Shown: positions 24,916-38,714 of the stretch, in pieces | How positions within the stretch are numbered: the stretch's first letter is position 1 | Layout: each line of letters opens with the position of its first letter | NCBI GenBank assembly: GCA_951406725.2 | Contig: OX597814.1 | Coordinates: 224,130,001 to 224,194,000, forward strand | Origin: Octopus vulgaris | Lineage: Eukaryota | Reading direction: 5' to 3' | DNA length: 64,000 nucleotides | Program-made: the position numbers and the translations under genes | The notes under the pieces: generated by a model | Databases searched by the model: none | What the model was told of the DNA's origin: nothing | Seen by the model: the letters and a program-made list of their open reading frames with translations, nothing else

Positions 24916-25755
24916 GACAGAAAAATAGCAAAAACTGAAAAAAAAAATCATAATACAAATAAAATCAAAAGCTTGGAGAGAATTGACGGTACTTAAGAGG
25001 TGTTTGTATGCAGATTGGTAGGCTTTGGGGGTTAAACATGACGCACAGCCACCGTCCCTACCTTGATTCAATCACAGCAGCAGCAGTAGCAGTTCCACCA
25101 CCACCACCACCACCATCATCAACACCACCACCACCACCACCACCACCATCACCATCACCACCACCACCATCACCATCATCAACACCCTCAAATCTGATGA
25201 TCGGAGTTTTTTAAAAATGTTGAGTGTGACAGTCTGAGAACTTCGTCTCCAAATAGACGCTAGTCAGGTAGACAGAAGGATTGGCTATAATAAAATAAGA
25301 AAAAAAGAAAAAAACTATGAAAAACTAAAAAAAATAAGACATACAAACACATGACTAGAGATATCCCTGTGACCTGGAATGTCGTGAGACAACAACTTGC
25401 TCTATCAATGTTACTGAGGTGTATCTGCGTATTCGATGCAAATTGTCTCTGAAATAACTGCTCGATCAACAGATTACGTTCTCGATAGAGAAAGTTTCTG
25501 AAACTGACCTTTAAACTTTCGTTTAATACTCGCTGATTTCCCGTCAATGTAATGATATTGAATTTCGTCTAATGTGTAGAAGACTTACATATCTTTCGTC
25601 GCCTTTTCACGTGGATTGAGCTATTAGTCTGCCTATACGTGATAAATGACTTCTAAAAGATATGCAGGTGAACGAAGATACACTCACCTAAATTTGAGGA
25701 AAGCATCTATCATATAATATTATCGAAGTTTCTGTTGTTTTGTAGAAATGGGAAG

Positions 25756-26462
25756 GGATCTTTTTTGTTTCACTGACACCTTTTTAAATTTTAAAATTAA
25801 GTGAAAATTTTCAAATTTGGTTTATTGATGTAATTTTTCACTCTGAATCTCAGGACCTAGTTCACTTGTTCCCGAAAAAAAAAAAATAGTTGGAGAGGTT
25901 TAAAGTTTGATCATTTTTACCCAGACAGAAAACAGGATTTGCAAGCTAACATTTTGTGCGTGACTGCAATCGTAAGACGTCAAAACGATAATATAAACAT
26001 TGCGACGATAGCACGTGTTTTAAGCATTTAATAAGCGAAAAATGACTTTAAAAATAAAACGAGTAAACATATATTTTGTAGTTTTACGCATTCAATATGC
26101 ATTTAATGAGAAAAGACGAGAGTAAACAACACATTTAGTAGTTTTAAGAGTAGAAAATAAAATGTGTACAAGCAAGAAAACAGAGCGTAAAGCACCTGTT
26201 TGTAAACACAGGTGGTTTTTCGTTAAACGCTTTTCGAATGCTTGGCTTGTTACTTTGGAAACAGGCACTTATATGTCTGTGGCTTTTGATAGGCTAAAAT
26301 TAGTCAAAATTTGCAAACTTTAAAAGCTATTAACTGTTTATTTATTAATTTTTGGCGAAAATGAATTTCATGTCAATAATGAGTATACAAAACTACACCA
26401 AATTTCAAATCAATTGGTACAAATTTGAAGAAATTGAAAAGTAGCTGCCAAACAAAAAGATG
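25756..26462. mobile_element. ~700-bp MITE with short terminal inverted repeats
   Basis: GGATCTTTTTTGTTT at the left end and AAACAAAAAGAT at the right end; internal homology to 2531-3200. Confidence 0.55.
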
Positions 26463-27519
26463 ATAGTGGAAAATTTCTCCACTTGGTGATTTTATGAATT
26501 GTAGTTGGTCAAAGGTGAATGATGTTATTGATATTTAGAATGAGTAGTACGTACTTGGAAGTGAAGATAACCAGTGCTGGAGAATACTAATGATCATCGT
26601 AAAATTGCATTTATATGTCTATTACACAGTTTTGAGAGCATGGATGGTCAGGTCAGAAGAACTGACCTCAGTTCACTTAGCTGTAAATAGGTACATTATT
26701 AGAGGAACAACTTAACGTCTGCTATGAAGCAATGGCAACACTATAGAAAAGGATGGTGTCACGTGAACTTGCTGCAGTGAGTCCCACTCTGTATATAGAG
26801 CTTTGAGAAGCATAAATAGTTCTAAGTTAGCTTGCCTTAGATATATGAAGACCATGCAGTAGGTTATGAGAGAATCATAATGCGATTCTAGCAGTTAAGC
26901 TGGCGGAAAAATTGCTTTGTGTTCCGATTTGTAATCTCTCTATATCCTCATTGTCGTTTTTCCCCCCACTTTAGTTAAAATAAATACCAATAATAAACTG
27001 TAAACACACACCTACACAAACTTTCCAACTAGATTTGGCAGCAGACATAAAATAAAAAAAAAAAGCATTATTATACAGTTTATTTTCTTATTCATCAGAT
27101 TTTGTGTTTGTTTATTTTGCATTTTATATATTCCTAAAGTATATAATGAAAGAATTCTTCGGCGCTAACGAGCATTTTTTGTTTATTTATTTATATTCTT
27201 TTGTGGTGAAAAAATCGTCAGAATTTGATAAGACTAAGAAGGCTGAAGATTAGTCTTAAATGAAAATTTATAAACAACTTCAGGTTGTTTATAAAAGAGA
27301 GCTACTTGAGAATAGATAAAGAACTTCAACACGATAATTGTTTTTAGTTATTAGAGGGCGATTGTAAGAATGGTATGAATGAAAGACTCAACTCGCCAGT
27401 TTTGTATACATAATGGCACTGGAAGAAAGCCTATCTCTTCAGATGAGAGCCATAATTGTTTCAGATTATTCTAATCCAGTTTGAGAGATTAACCTTTTGT
27501 CTCTGTTCTTCTTTCGTAT

Positions 27520-27623
<104 letters not shown>

Positions 27624-27790
27624 TATATTAAATTAGAGATAAAACCACTATTAGGCAAATCATACAATGAAAAACTTAAGCCAATAATTTAATATAATAT
27701 AATATTTTACTATAAAATTGGATTCAATCCTAAATCTGATTTTTTCCCTGTAATTTTGGATTTATTCCCTAATATTTATTATTATTATTA

Positions 27791-27836
<46 letters not shown>

Positions 27837-29227
27837 GTGTGTGTATATATAGTCAATTCAAAAAAATAATAAATTCAAAGAAACTAGTAAAATTAATGGA
27901 AACAACAGGACGTGCACAAGAACTGTATTAGCTTGACACTCGGTGAAAAGAGACAGCTTAACGCTTCGAGCTCTTCGTCGGAAAGGGGAAAGGAAAACGT
28001 CCAAAGAAGGGGAAAAAATGTCAACAGCACTTGTGTACATGTGTAATGTGTGTGTGCGTGCGCGCCTGTTAATATTATTACTTTATAAGTTTAACTGATG
28101 GTATGATATTGCTGGTATAACATCCCTTTAAGTCTCTGTTATATTTTGTGAATTTCCCGTTATTTCTTGGGTATCAATACTTTATAAAAAGAATTAACTT
28201 CATATGCTGTACGTTCTGAGTTCAAATTCAAATTCTGCTTTTCATCCTTTCGGGATCAATAAAGTAAGTACCAGTTGAGCCCTGAAGCCGATGTAATCTA
28301 CTACTCCTATCCCCTAAAATTGCAGACCTTATGCCTGAACTTTTAGGGGACGTAAGTAAAAAGTAAAACAAGATTATTTCGTGTTTTACTTTTTCATCAT
28401 TTCCTTCTGACTTTATCATTTATCTTCCGCTTCTACTTCTTTTCCCGACGTCCGTTGATATTCCCAGATGTCAAATAACTTTCCTAGAGAAACAATGTTT
28501 TTTACAGTCTAGTCGAACGAAAATGAATCTATGATGAGGGATAAAAAAATAACAAACAAATAGGAAATAGAAAAATACCGTACAAAGTGTGTACATTTTT
28601 CGTGTCTGTTCGCCACTCACTAATCTAGAAAGCAGACATTGTTAACAGTTCTAACTAATGAACATTCAAAGAGGATTTCAACAGCTTATAATATTTTTTG
28701 CTTACCCAGTGAAGAAGATATTGATACCGGAAGTGAATGAGTAGTACCTACTTGTAATGATTTGTGTAGTTTGTAAAATATTCTTAGCTGGTTACCAACG
28801 AAAAGGTTTCTAAAGACCTGATATTATTTTTGAGTAAGATATTTATTTCTTTATACATGTTAAAAAGTTTATAATGCGTGATGTTAAATGTCGAGTAAGC
28901 TAATTATAATCAGTGTTATAAAATACTAATGTATTTTCTTAAGAAATGCTCCATTAAACTTAACTGTAGTTGAGCTATCACTGCACAACCAATGAAAGCT
29001 GAAGGCAAATTGAAGAGTGGCGTATTCTTTCATGTTTAAACGAATGAAAGATATCATTTGTTTTATAATCGGGTATGAATGGCAATCAAAAGTATAAAAC
29101 TGACCTGTTTTAATTAGAAACAAAACTAATTTTTTTATTAGTCTGTTTAAGCTGGATTGTCTTTTACAAGATTAAATTTTACCGACTTGCCTTAAGCAGT
29201 TTACTATTCTGACATAGGATCTCTTAT

Positions 29228-29630
29228 CTTGCACTTGTTACAGTCATTGGAGTGTAGCATGCTGGCTGATCGACTGACTTTGTAGGGTTTAATAAAACAA
29301 TTCGACTCCCGTACTTATGTTTTATGTCCGGTACTTATTGTATTGATCTCCTTTGCCGAACTAGCAAGCTATGTTACAGGGATGTAAACAAACCAAGACA
29401 AGCTGTCAAGTGATTTTGAAGCGACAAACACGAACACATGCACATATATTTACCTACATACATACGACGGAGCTTCCACACAGTGTCTATCTACCAAATT
29501 CACTCAGAAGACGTTGGTCACCCCATGCTACAGTTGAAACCACTTACCCAATATGACATGTAGTGGGGATGAACCCAAGAGAACGTGGTTGCAAAGCGAG
29601 CTTCTTAGTTACACAGCCACGTCTGCACCC
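29228..29630 (-). mobile_element. Old diverged SINE family 1 copy
   Basis: Degenerate match to head (ACACAGCCACGTCTGCACC) and tail (ACTTGTTACAGTCATT). Confidence 0.6.
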
Positions 29631-30647
29631 AGAATCTTGAGTTATTTGAACTTATAATTAAATAAATAAGAATTTTATTTCGTCAGGTTGTTGGGGCAAG
29701 TTTAACAAATATCTCTTTTGTAAATATCTATGTAGCAAAACTATGGACACGGATCCAATAAGAAATTTATCATTATAGATCAGGTGCCGTTTCACAGCCT
29801 AGAGAGATTACAATACCATATTTCGTCAGAAGAATTTGTGAAATTTCTAAATCTCAGTATATTTCGCTCAGACCATCCATTGCTAAGTGGATATTGATAC
29901 AATAAAACAATTACGTACTTAGAGGCTACAGTGATGCTGATGGTAGGGATTGAACCTAGATTTTGTCATGAATCACGGCCCCAGTATGAATGCAACAGTC
30001 TCTCAGCATTTAAATATCTCGCTCAGACAGAAGGGTCTGAAGATCTGTGATCGAAGATATTTAAGATGGTAGAATATAATCTGAGGGAGATTTGAGAGTT
30101 ACTTCTAAAAGGTCAAGAGACCATGAAAAGGCTTCCTGATAGCATCTTTATCTTTCTTTAAGTTTTATAACACAATATAAAAATAACAAATCTAGTTTCT
30201 CGTATAAAATAAAACCTGTACAAGAGTTGCTTAATGTTATATTTGATATAAATGAGGACAAAGGGAGTCAGCCTCACTTCTAATCATATTCATGGAAGAG
30301 TTGAAGGCAGCGATGCAGACCAACCTAACCTCATCACTTTTTTAGCAATAAACTGTCATCTTATAAATATATGATAAATCTCACGAGTTAAAAGGGCGCT
30401 TCTTTATTGTTGGTCAAGTAACAAATAATATTTCACCGTCTTAATAATGACCTTAAATGTTATACAAAAAGTACATATAACACAACATAGTTTTAGTTGC
30501 ACTATATCTGGAGGGGAAAAAGAAAAAGAATCTGGAGTGGTAATGATCTTCATTCGGTTAGATCAGAATTAACCAGAGGCTAAACAACACCAACAAACAG
30601 CTTGTTGCTACAAGGTGAACAGTATAACTGACACACACGCTGCGTGC

Positions 30648-30708
<61 letters not shown>

Positions 30709-31057
30709 GCACTTTTAGCTCGTTCACTAAATTATAAATAAATTAGATTTGATGTCAGATTATTATTTAAGATGACAACACGGTTTTGCAATTTTAATTA
30801 AAGGGAAAACGAAAACAAAAACAACAAAAAAAAATGTAGAAATGCCAGCTCTAAATAAATATAACTTATCTTGTGGAATAAGAAATTTAGGGAACGGAAA
30901 TTGGTTCGGTGTGTTTTAGACCACAGCTGTTAATAGACTTACCAATGACTCTTAGATATGAAGCATTCTTGATTGCCACTACACACAACCAATCAGCCTG
31001 GAAGTCCTCAGCTTCACAGCTACTAAATGAAACAACAACAACAACAACATACTTGTA

Positions 31058-31129
<72 letters not shown>

Positions 31130-31276
31130 AAACTACTCTAAATGGTAATCTGGGTGTTGATAATTAAAATGTTTAGTGACCTTAGTTACTGCTTAGAGAA
31201 TTTTTATAACTCCTACGACCTCGCTACATACATGCATGCACGTGCGCGCACGCACACACACACAAACACATATATG

Positions 31277-31328
<52 letters not shown>

Positions 31329-31587
31329 TGTGTTACTTTTATTACTATAAGAGGCCAGGAAATGAACAAGGTATTTACTCTTGCTTTTCGATTCGGTTCC
31401 ATTTCTATTTCATGAAGTAAATGATTATCATTCCTCTGAAGTCATTAAATTTTTGATACAGCTCTTAAGAATAGATCACTCTCAATTTCTTATACATTAC
31501 GATGTGTTCTTATCTGGCACGCTTTTCTAAACAAACCTATACATACATACATACATACATACATACATACATACATACATACATACA

Positions 31588-31621
<34 letters not shown>

Positions 31622-32029
31622 CACACATACATATATGTATATTATGAATATTATATATATATATAAACGAGCAAAAAGCCCCCCGTCCAATGGACGGTGC
31701 TGAATTGTCAAACATGTAAACCAAATTTTCTTAAAACATCTTTTCCGACTGTCTCACAGGCCTCCCCTTTGAGAAACACTGATTTAACCTAAATTTGGGA
31801 CACCATCAAAAGAAGAAATAAAGATAGACTTTTTTCTATTCCAAAGAAAAACGATTTTATTCACACAAATATGCAACCGAAGAGTTTAAAGTACCAGTAA
31901 TGATAAGGCTGTTGACTGGAAGAACACAAACATGGTTTAAACAGTAAGCTTGGCAGACAAGAAACATGCCTTTAAGCAGTACAAAAACACCATAAAATGG
32001 AAGGTGCAGTTATGTACAGGTTGGCGGAA

Positions 32030-32225
32030 GAAAAGCAGGACAAAAACGGCTTTATCGATCGCATTCTCAGCTGGAATCGATTTTTGTAATTTTTTCAAGA
32101 CTTATACACGCCCTGATACCGTCGGTATCTACATATCAAATTTGAGCGCAATCGGATGGAGAATGCCCGAGATCCTAGAAGACACACACATACACACGCA
32201 GACAGACAGAACCCAACTTTTAAAT
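32030..32225 (+). mobile_element. Possible non-autonomous Helitron/Helentron-type 3' fragment
   Basis: CAAATTTGAGCGCAATCGGATG...ACACACATACACACGCAGACAGACAGA, a motif order typical of such elements. Confidence 0.35.
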
Positions 32226-32586
32226 TCTCTTTGAAATAATGCGAGTGTGAATTGCGTTTTTTGTTCTCTTCTTCGCAACCGCTTTCATCTGGTTTATGTC
32301 ATCAAATCATAGTCCTCGAAGTCTGTGATCTTCATGGAGCCGAAAAGTCGGAAGACGCCAATTTCGGAAAGTACGGTGAATGATCAATCCAATTTACCGA
32401 TTGCTTGATTTGTTATGGCGATTGACACCCATGACACACTCGAAAACTATCACCATGACTTTCTGTGCTAATCGCTGTCTCTTGAAATTTTAGGCTTTGG
32501 GCAAGTGTCTTCTACTATCGCCTCGGGCCGACCAAAGCCTTATGAGTGCATTTGGTAGACGGAAACTGAAAGAAGCCCGTCGTATG

Positions 32587-32644
<58 letters not shown>

Positions 32645-32763
32645 GAAAATAGTAAAAAGGAAAAAACTACAGAAGGCTTGTTTTAAAGGTTAAAAAATAT
32701 ATATTTGAGTCAATATGTCTGAAGAATGTTATAAATTTTTTTCATACAATGACATAGTTTTTG

Positions 32764-32803
32764 AAGAAATGACCGGTTTCGCGTTCAGCTTTTCAAATTT
32801 CTT
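32764..32803 (-). ncRNA. Minimal type I hammerhead (family C), antisense copy
   Basis: Exact reverse complement of 32813-32852. Confidence 0.8.
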
Positions 32804-32812
32804 AAACGATTT

Positions 32813-32852
32813 AAGAAATTTGAAAAGCTGAACGCGAAACCGGTCATTTCTT
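32813..32852 (+). ncRNA. Minimal 40-nt type I hammerhead (family C) with U3-A8 core
   Basis: Stem I AAGAAAT/ATTTCTT; core TTGAAAA; stem II GC-tgaac-GC; GAA; palindromic stem III ACCGGT; GUC at 32845. Confidence 0.8.
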
Positions 32853-33014
32853 CTAAATTATGTCATTGTAAGAAGAAAATTGATAACATTCTTCAGACAT
32901 ATTGACTCAAATATATATTTTTTAACCTTTTAAAACAAGCCTTCTGTAGTTTTTTCACTTTTTACTATTTTCTATATATTCAACCACGTGCTTTCACAAA
33001 CCAACTTTCTCATC

Positions 33015-33091
<77 letters not shown>

Positions 33092-33099
<8 letters not shown>

Positions 33100-33280
33100 G
33101 GAGCTTTACAGGACTAGAACTGTTTCATTCAAAAGAAATCATCAGGAAGCTTCCTGATGATTTCTTTTGAATGAAACAGTTCTAGTCCTGTAGAAGCTCC
33201 TTCTATAAAATAAATAAATTTACTCTGCTATGTATTGAGTACCTTATTTACTGTGGTTAACCCCGACTCAACCCGGGACC

Positions 33281-33283
<3 letters not shown>
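33092..33283. mobile_element. Palindromic element A2 (same family as A1; left arm truncated)
   Basis: Right arm 33150-33283 matches 8496-8631; perfect centre GGAAGCTTCC. Confidence 0.9.
33148..33198 (+). ncRNA. Type I hammerhead ribozyme motif (family A)
   Basis: AGCTTC-CTGATGA-tTTCttttGAAt-GAA-ACAG ttctagtc CTGT-A-GAAGCT; predicted cleavage after 33192. Confidence 0.8.
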
Positions 33284-33357
<74 letters not shown>

Positions 33358-33659
33358 CTGTGTTTGTCCCCCCAGCATCGCTTGACAACCGATGCTGGTG
33401 TATTTACATCCCCATAACTTGGCGGTTCGGCAAAAGAGTCCGATAGAATAAGTACTAGGCTTAGAAAGAATAAGTCCTGGGGTCGATTTGCTGGACTAAA
33501 GGCGGTGCTCCAGCATGGCCGCAATCAAATGACTGAAACAAGTTAAAAGAGTGAAGGAGTATATATATATATATGCACACACATACACACATATATAATA
33601 TTTATATTATTATTTGATTGGACACCACGCATTCATTTCCAAGTATGCATGTATGCATG

Positions 33660-33693
<34 letters not shown>

Positions 33694-33833
33694 TGTATGT
33701 ATGTATGTATGTATGTATGTGTGTGTGTGTGTGTTTGGGTGTGTGCGTGTGTGTGCTTGTGTGTGTTTGTATTTGTGTGTTTGAATGTAGTATGTACATA
33801 TGTAGCAAGTACATACATACATACATACATACA

Positions 33834-33867
<34 letters not shown>

Positions 33868-34434
33868 CATACCTAATGAATCTGAGATCTATTCGACCTT
33901 TACTGGGCATGTTATATGGAATTTCGGCTCACGAAGCAAAATAATAAATAAACAAGTAAAACACAGACCAAGATTTAAGTTTCTCTAACTATGCAAGGAA
34001 TGTGTGGGCTGGAGCGTCGTACATTCTTGAATTGGGACGCTTTTTCTATGAGACTGGTACTCTACATACATTCATATATATATCAGTATGCTTATATATA
34101 TATATATATATTTATATATCTATATACGCACACACACGCACACGTATAGATATATATGTGTGTTCATATGAATATATATTTCTTTATATATATATATGTG
34201 AGTGTGTAGGGCGCTTGGGATAGAGTGGTGGCTGTGAGAATAGTTATACATCCTCGCGTATTTATATGCATGCTTAAATATCATGCATTCACGCGCACTT
34301 TACATAAACATATATACTTTGTGTATTACACCCATTACATTTCTTTACATATGTATATACATGCATGAAAATATTGATTGTAATTGTGTCGTGTTTTAAG
34401 AAAATTTAAATTGGAGTTAATAAATCTTTCTCGT

Positions 34435-35790
34435 TTTGGTACAAGGCCAGCATTTTAAATGGAGGGACAAGTCATTACATCGACTTCAGTACTTGACTGG
34501 TACTTATTTCCTCGAATCTAAAATGGGACGAAAGACGAAGTTGATCTCGGCGAGATTTGATCTTATAACGTAGAGCCGGAAGAAATGCCGCAGAGTATTT
34601 AATCCGTTGTACTTGATTTTGCTATCCGCTTTTTTTAGAGTTAATGAATTCTCATTTTAGTAGAAGGCCATAATTCTACTAATACTTATTTTATCCATTG
34701 AAAGGATGAAAGGTAAAGTCAACCTCAGCAGAATTTGAACTCAGAACGTTAAGACAGACGAAATGCCACTAAGCATCTTGAGCGGTGTGCTAAAGATTCT
34801 TCAAAATCGTCTTGGGAGTTATTAGATAATGGTTTCAAAGGTCAGTTATTTCGATTACCTCAACCCCAGTGATCAACTGGTATTTATTTTATCGACCCCC
34901 ACCCCGAGGAAAGGAAAAGCAAAGTTGACCCCTGTGATCAATTGGTACTTATTTAATCGACCAAAGGAGAAGGAAAAGCGAAGTCGACTTCGGTGGAATA
35001 GGAACTCAGAACGTATAGACGGACGAAATACCGCTAAGCACATTGTGCAGGCGGCGTGCTAACGATTCTGCCAGATCACTTTGGAAGTCAATAAATATTA
35101 TTTCAAATTTTTGCCACATGGGCAGCTTAGAGGACATGGGGATGAGTCGATTACATCAACCCCAGTGGTCAACTGGTATTTATTTTATCGATTCCGAAAG
35201 GATGAAAGGCAAAGTCGACCTCGGCGAAATTTGTTCTCAGAACGTAGCGACGGGCGAAATACCTGTTTCTTTAGTACCCACAAGGGCCAAACACAGAGAG
35301 GACAAACAAGGACAGACAAACGGATTAAGTCGATTATATCGACCCCAGTGCGTAACTGGTACTTATTTAATCGACCCCGAAAGGATGAAAGGCAAAGTCG
35401 ACCTCGGCGGAATTTGAACTCAGAACGTCGCGACGGGCGAAATACCGCTAAGCATTTCGTCCAGCGTGCTAACGATTCTACCAGCTTGCTGCCTCTTGTA
35501 AGTTAATTATAATGAAATCCATACACCGAAGGAAAAACAAACGCGTATGCATATATACATGGACATTTTCGTGAACCCTAGAACCCTTAAAGGCCAGTAA
35601 TTTTGAAGGGAGGAGACAAATGAGTAACATCGTCCTTAGTACTTGACTAGTACTTAATTTTATCGAGCCTGTAGGGATGAAAAGCAAAGCTGACCTCGAC
35701 GGAATTTGAACTTAAAGCAGAAAGTGAAAGGCAGAAAAAATGCCGTTAAGTGTTTTGTAAGACTGTAACGATTCTGCCAGTTCGCTGTTT
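34435..35790 (-). mobile_element. Cluster of at least 6 same-orientation SINE family 2 units of mixed age
   Basis: Recurrent GGATGAAAGGCAAAGTCGACCTCGGCGGAATTTGAACTCAGAACG-type motif at ~34530, 34705, 34970, 35200, 35383, 35676. Confidence 0.8.
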
Positions 35791-35799
35791 AGTATATCG

Positions 35800-35834
<35 letters not shown>

Positions 35835-36449
35835 GGTGGTAATGGTGTTGTGATGGTAAAGAACTGTTGTATATATATATTTGTCTTTTGCATTAGTTAA
35901 TGTGGTGACTAAAACATATGTTGCTTCCGAGCAGTGTTTATCACCACCAATATCATTTTCCAACATTTACCAACTCCAGAATTACTATTCTTGTCGTTCT
36001 CCCCACCGTTGTTGTCCTCACTCCTCCTCCTCCTCCACCTCCTCCACGGCGTCGATTTCATCGTCGTCGACTTCAGTGACTTCAGCGAAACTTGAATTCA
36101 AAAAGCAAAGACGGGACCTAACTAAATAATCAAAGTATTTTGTTTGTTTAGCACTCGACTGATTTTGCCAGCCTTTATAATATATCAAATACTGATGTAT
36201 TATCATAAAGGTATTAGCTTTCCAACAAGTATAATGTGGTTGAAAAGAGTAGTCTGGAATGAAAAAAATAGCAGCTCAAAAAATAAATCAATAGATAAGT
36301 CTTTGTTCTATAAGTACAAGGCCTAAAATTTTGGGAGAAGGGGCTAGTCGATGAAATCGATCCCCGTGCTCAACTGGTGCTTATGTTATCGACCTCAAAA
36401 GGTAAAGTCGACCTCGACGGTATTCAAACTCAGATCCTAAAGATGGATC

Positions 36450-37000
36450 TGCTGCTACTACAACGGCCCTGCCTTTTTGAACTACCTGTCTATTTCGCAA
36501 AGTAAATGATTATCATATCTCTGAAGTCATGAAATATTTGGTAAAGCTCTTAAGAAGAGATCCGTCTCAGTTTTGTACAAACCATGATGTGTCTTCATCT
36601 GGCACGTGTTTCCGCTTTGTTTCGCTTTGCCAATTTTCATTTTGGAGTTCCTTGATGTGAACTTCCTTGTCTTCATTCCTTCTGGTGCTACAACAACGGC
36701 CACTGCTCTTTTGAACTACCTATCTGCATGTACTCTTCACCGAGGACTATCCGACCCACCTGCTTTTTTTTTGTTTGTTTTTTCAACAGTCAATTACACT
36801 GACTCATTTCCGACTAATCCTTCATGTCCAGAACCGTGACTGTCAAAATCTCCCCTAATCCACCCGCTTATACTTTTCATGCAAAGATTCATCTACAAAT
36901 GTTTAAGATGAACCAGCTGCTTCCGTTCTAACAGTATCAGAGAGATTTACGAAGTTGTGAACACAGCCTCGCTTCCTTTGATATAATCAAAGGATAGAGA
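36450..37000 (-). pseudogene. Decayed repeat, possibly L1/Tx1-like ORF2 3' end; homologous copy at 31412-31528
   Basis: AAGTAAATGATTATCAT..CTCTGAAGTCAT...GCTCTTAAGAA..GATC...ATCTGGCACG is shared between the two loci. The protein similarity is weak. Confidence 0.35.
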
Positions 37001-37289
37001 GAAGAAAACAAAATACATTCCTATTCCAAACATTTGGAATGGAGCTATCACTCCCAACATTTCCTGGGAAATTGTGGTCACTCATTTATTTCATAGATAA
37101 TCCCAAATCAAAGTTTTCGATTCATTACATTACATACGTGAGACTCTACTCTTCTTGAATATAGTTGGCAGAAAGTTCCTTGAAGCATTTTCTTCTTCAG
37201 CTCTTCCATTATGAGGCGAGTGGGCAAAAGAACCCCCCCCCCAAAAAAAAACACGACATAAATGCAGCCAATCTGTGACAAACAGACGT

Positions 37290-37329
<40 letters not shown>

Positions 37330-37528
37330 GTCACCTTACCCTAATTAAATTTATTCTAAATAACTTGAGATACTCATCCTGCGTTGGATTTATTGTCCCT
37401 TTACTTCTAACATAATATATATCTGCTAACACGGAAGCCTTATACAGATTCCTAGCCTCAGCTGTGAACTTGGAACCTAAGGGATGACCAGTTATAGCAC
37501 TTACTCAGCGTACCTCATATTACATACA

Positions 37529-37627
<99 letters not shown>

Positions 37628-37678
37628 AAAATTATAAGTATATGAAAGAATGGAGTTGGACGACTAGTTAACAAATAT

Positions 37679-37773
37679 CCTTTATTCTCGACATATGTTT
37701 CGAAGGCTGCATATTCCTAATTCCGAAGGAATAAGGAGTACATTATGCAGATTTCTCATCAGGAAAATCAAGG
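37679..37773 (-). ncRNA. Type I hammerhead (family D), antisense copy
   Basis: Reverse complement of 37908-38002. Confidence 0.85.
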
Positions 37774-37907
37774 AACTTATGTCGACATCAAAATGCACAA
37801 AAAACTTTTAGCTGACCGCTCTCAAGGAGCCCATGGCGATAATCATTATCGCTCCTTGAGAGCGGTCAGCTAAAAGTTTTTTGTGCATTTTGATGTCGAC
37901 ATAAGTT

Positions 37908-38002
37908 CCTTGATTTTCCTGATGAGAAATCTGCATAATGTACTCCTTATTCCTTCGGAATTAGGAATATGCAGCCTTCGAAACATATGTCGAGAATAAA
38001 GG
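37908..38002 (+). ncRNA. Type I hammerhead (family D) with extended stem II
   Basis: Stem I CCTTgATTTTC/GAGAATaAAGG; CTGATGA 37919-37925; stem II GAA..CTGCATA/TATGCAG..TTC; GAA; palindromic stem III ACATATGT; GUC at 37991. Confidence 0.85.
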
Positions 38003-38198
38003 ATATTTGTTAACTAGTCGTCCAACTCCATTCTTTCATATACTTATAGTTTTAAAATAAACATACAAATTTCCGCACGAAGACACGTGGTCTATGCCCT
38101 ATGGACGTAGCTTCAACCGTGTTCTTTCTGATGTGAATTTGCTACCCAGGTATCGGTTATCTTTCGAATTATCCTTAATAAGATAAGTCATTCAATTA

Positions 38199-38264
<66 letters not shown>

Positions 38265-38625
38265 TATGTACGTGATCAAGCGTCATCGTATAACTAATAT
38301 TCAACCGCACTCCCCAAAATATACACCCGAATGTGATACATATATATCTTCTATACCCACGTGTGTGTTACGACTTATGTCGCAGAAAAAACTGCTGTCT
38401 CGATCATGGAGTAAATTATAATTTTAATAATAATATAGGTTAAAATTAATTAATTAATAATTATCACATACGTACACACACATGCACACGCAAACACACA
38501 CACACATACACACACACATGCACATACACACACAAATATAGGCTGTAGTTGCACCAACATCAAAGCCACCAGCTGCCTATGTTACCAACTTCCCATTTTC
38601 TTCCCCCATATCCTCCTCCTCCTTC

Positions 38626-38663
<38 letters not shown>

Positions 38664-38714
38664 GTCATTAATTAATTGTTTTTTTTATTAATGAAAATGC
38701 ATTTTGTAGCGTGT

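Larger units (their letters stand above)
32641..32976. mobile_element. Palindromic element C (~166-bp arms, 3-nt loop) plus tail 32977-33015
   Basis: Centre CTTAAA-CGA-TTTAAG; about 8 differences between the arms, all outside the ribozyme. Confidence 0.9.
32496..33560 (+). mobile_element. SINE family 1 copy (5'-truncated) carrying palindromes C and A2 in its internal (TA)n
   Basis: Head 32496-32582; tail 33355-33560. Confidence 0.85.
37626..38055. mobile_element. Palindromic element D (205-bp arms, 20-nt spacer) plus tail 38056-38202, in (TA)n
   Basis: Arms 37626-37830 and 37851-38055, one mismatch seen. Confidence 0.92.

Noticed and set aside
34435-35790. Regularly recurring ~40-bp motif resembling a CRISPR-like array
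   Set aside because: Eukaryotic SINE multimers; the spacers are homologous and there are no cas genes.
36018-36206. Acidic ORF ending EVDDDEIDAVEEVEEEEE
   Set aside because: Derived from a (TCC)n/(TCG)n low-complexity tract; no exon evidence.
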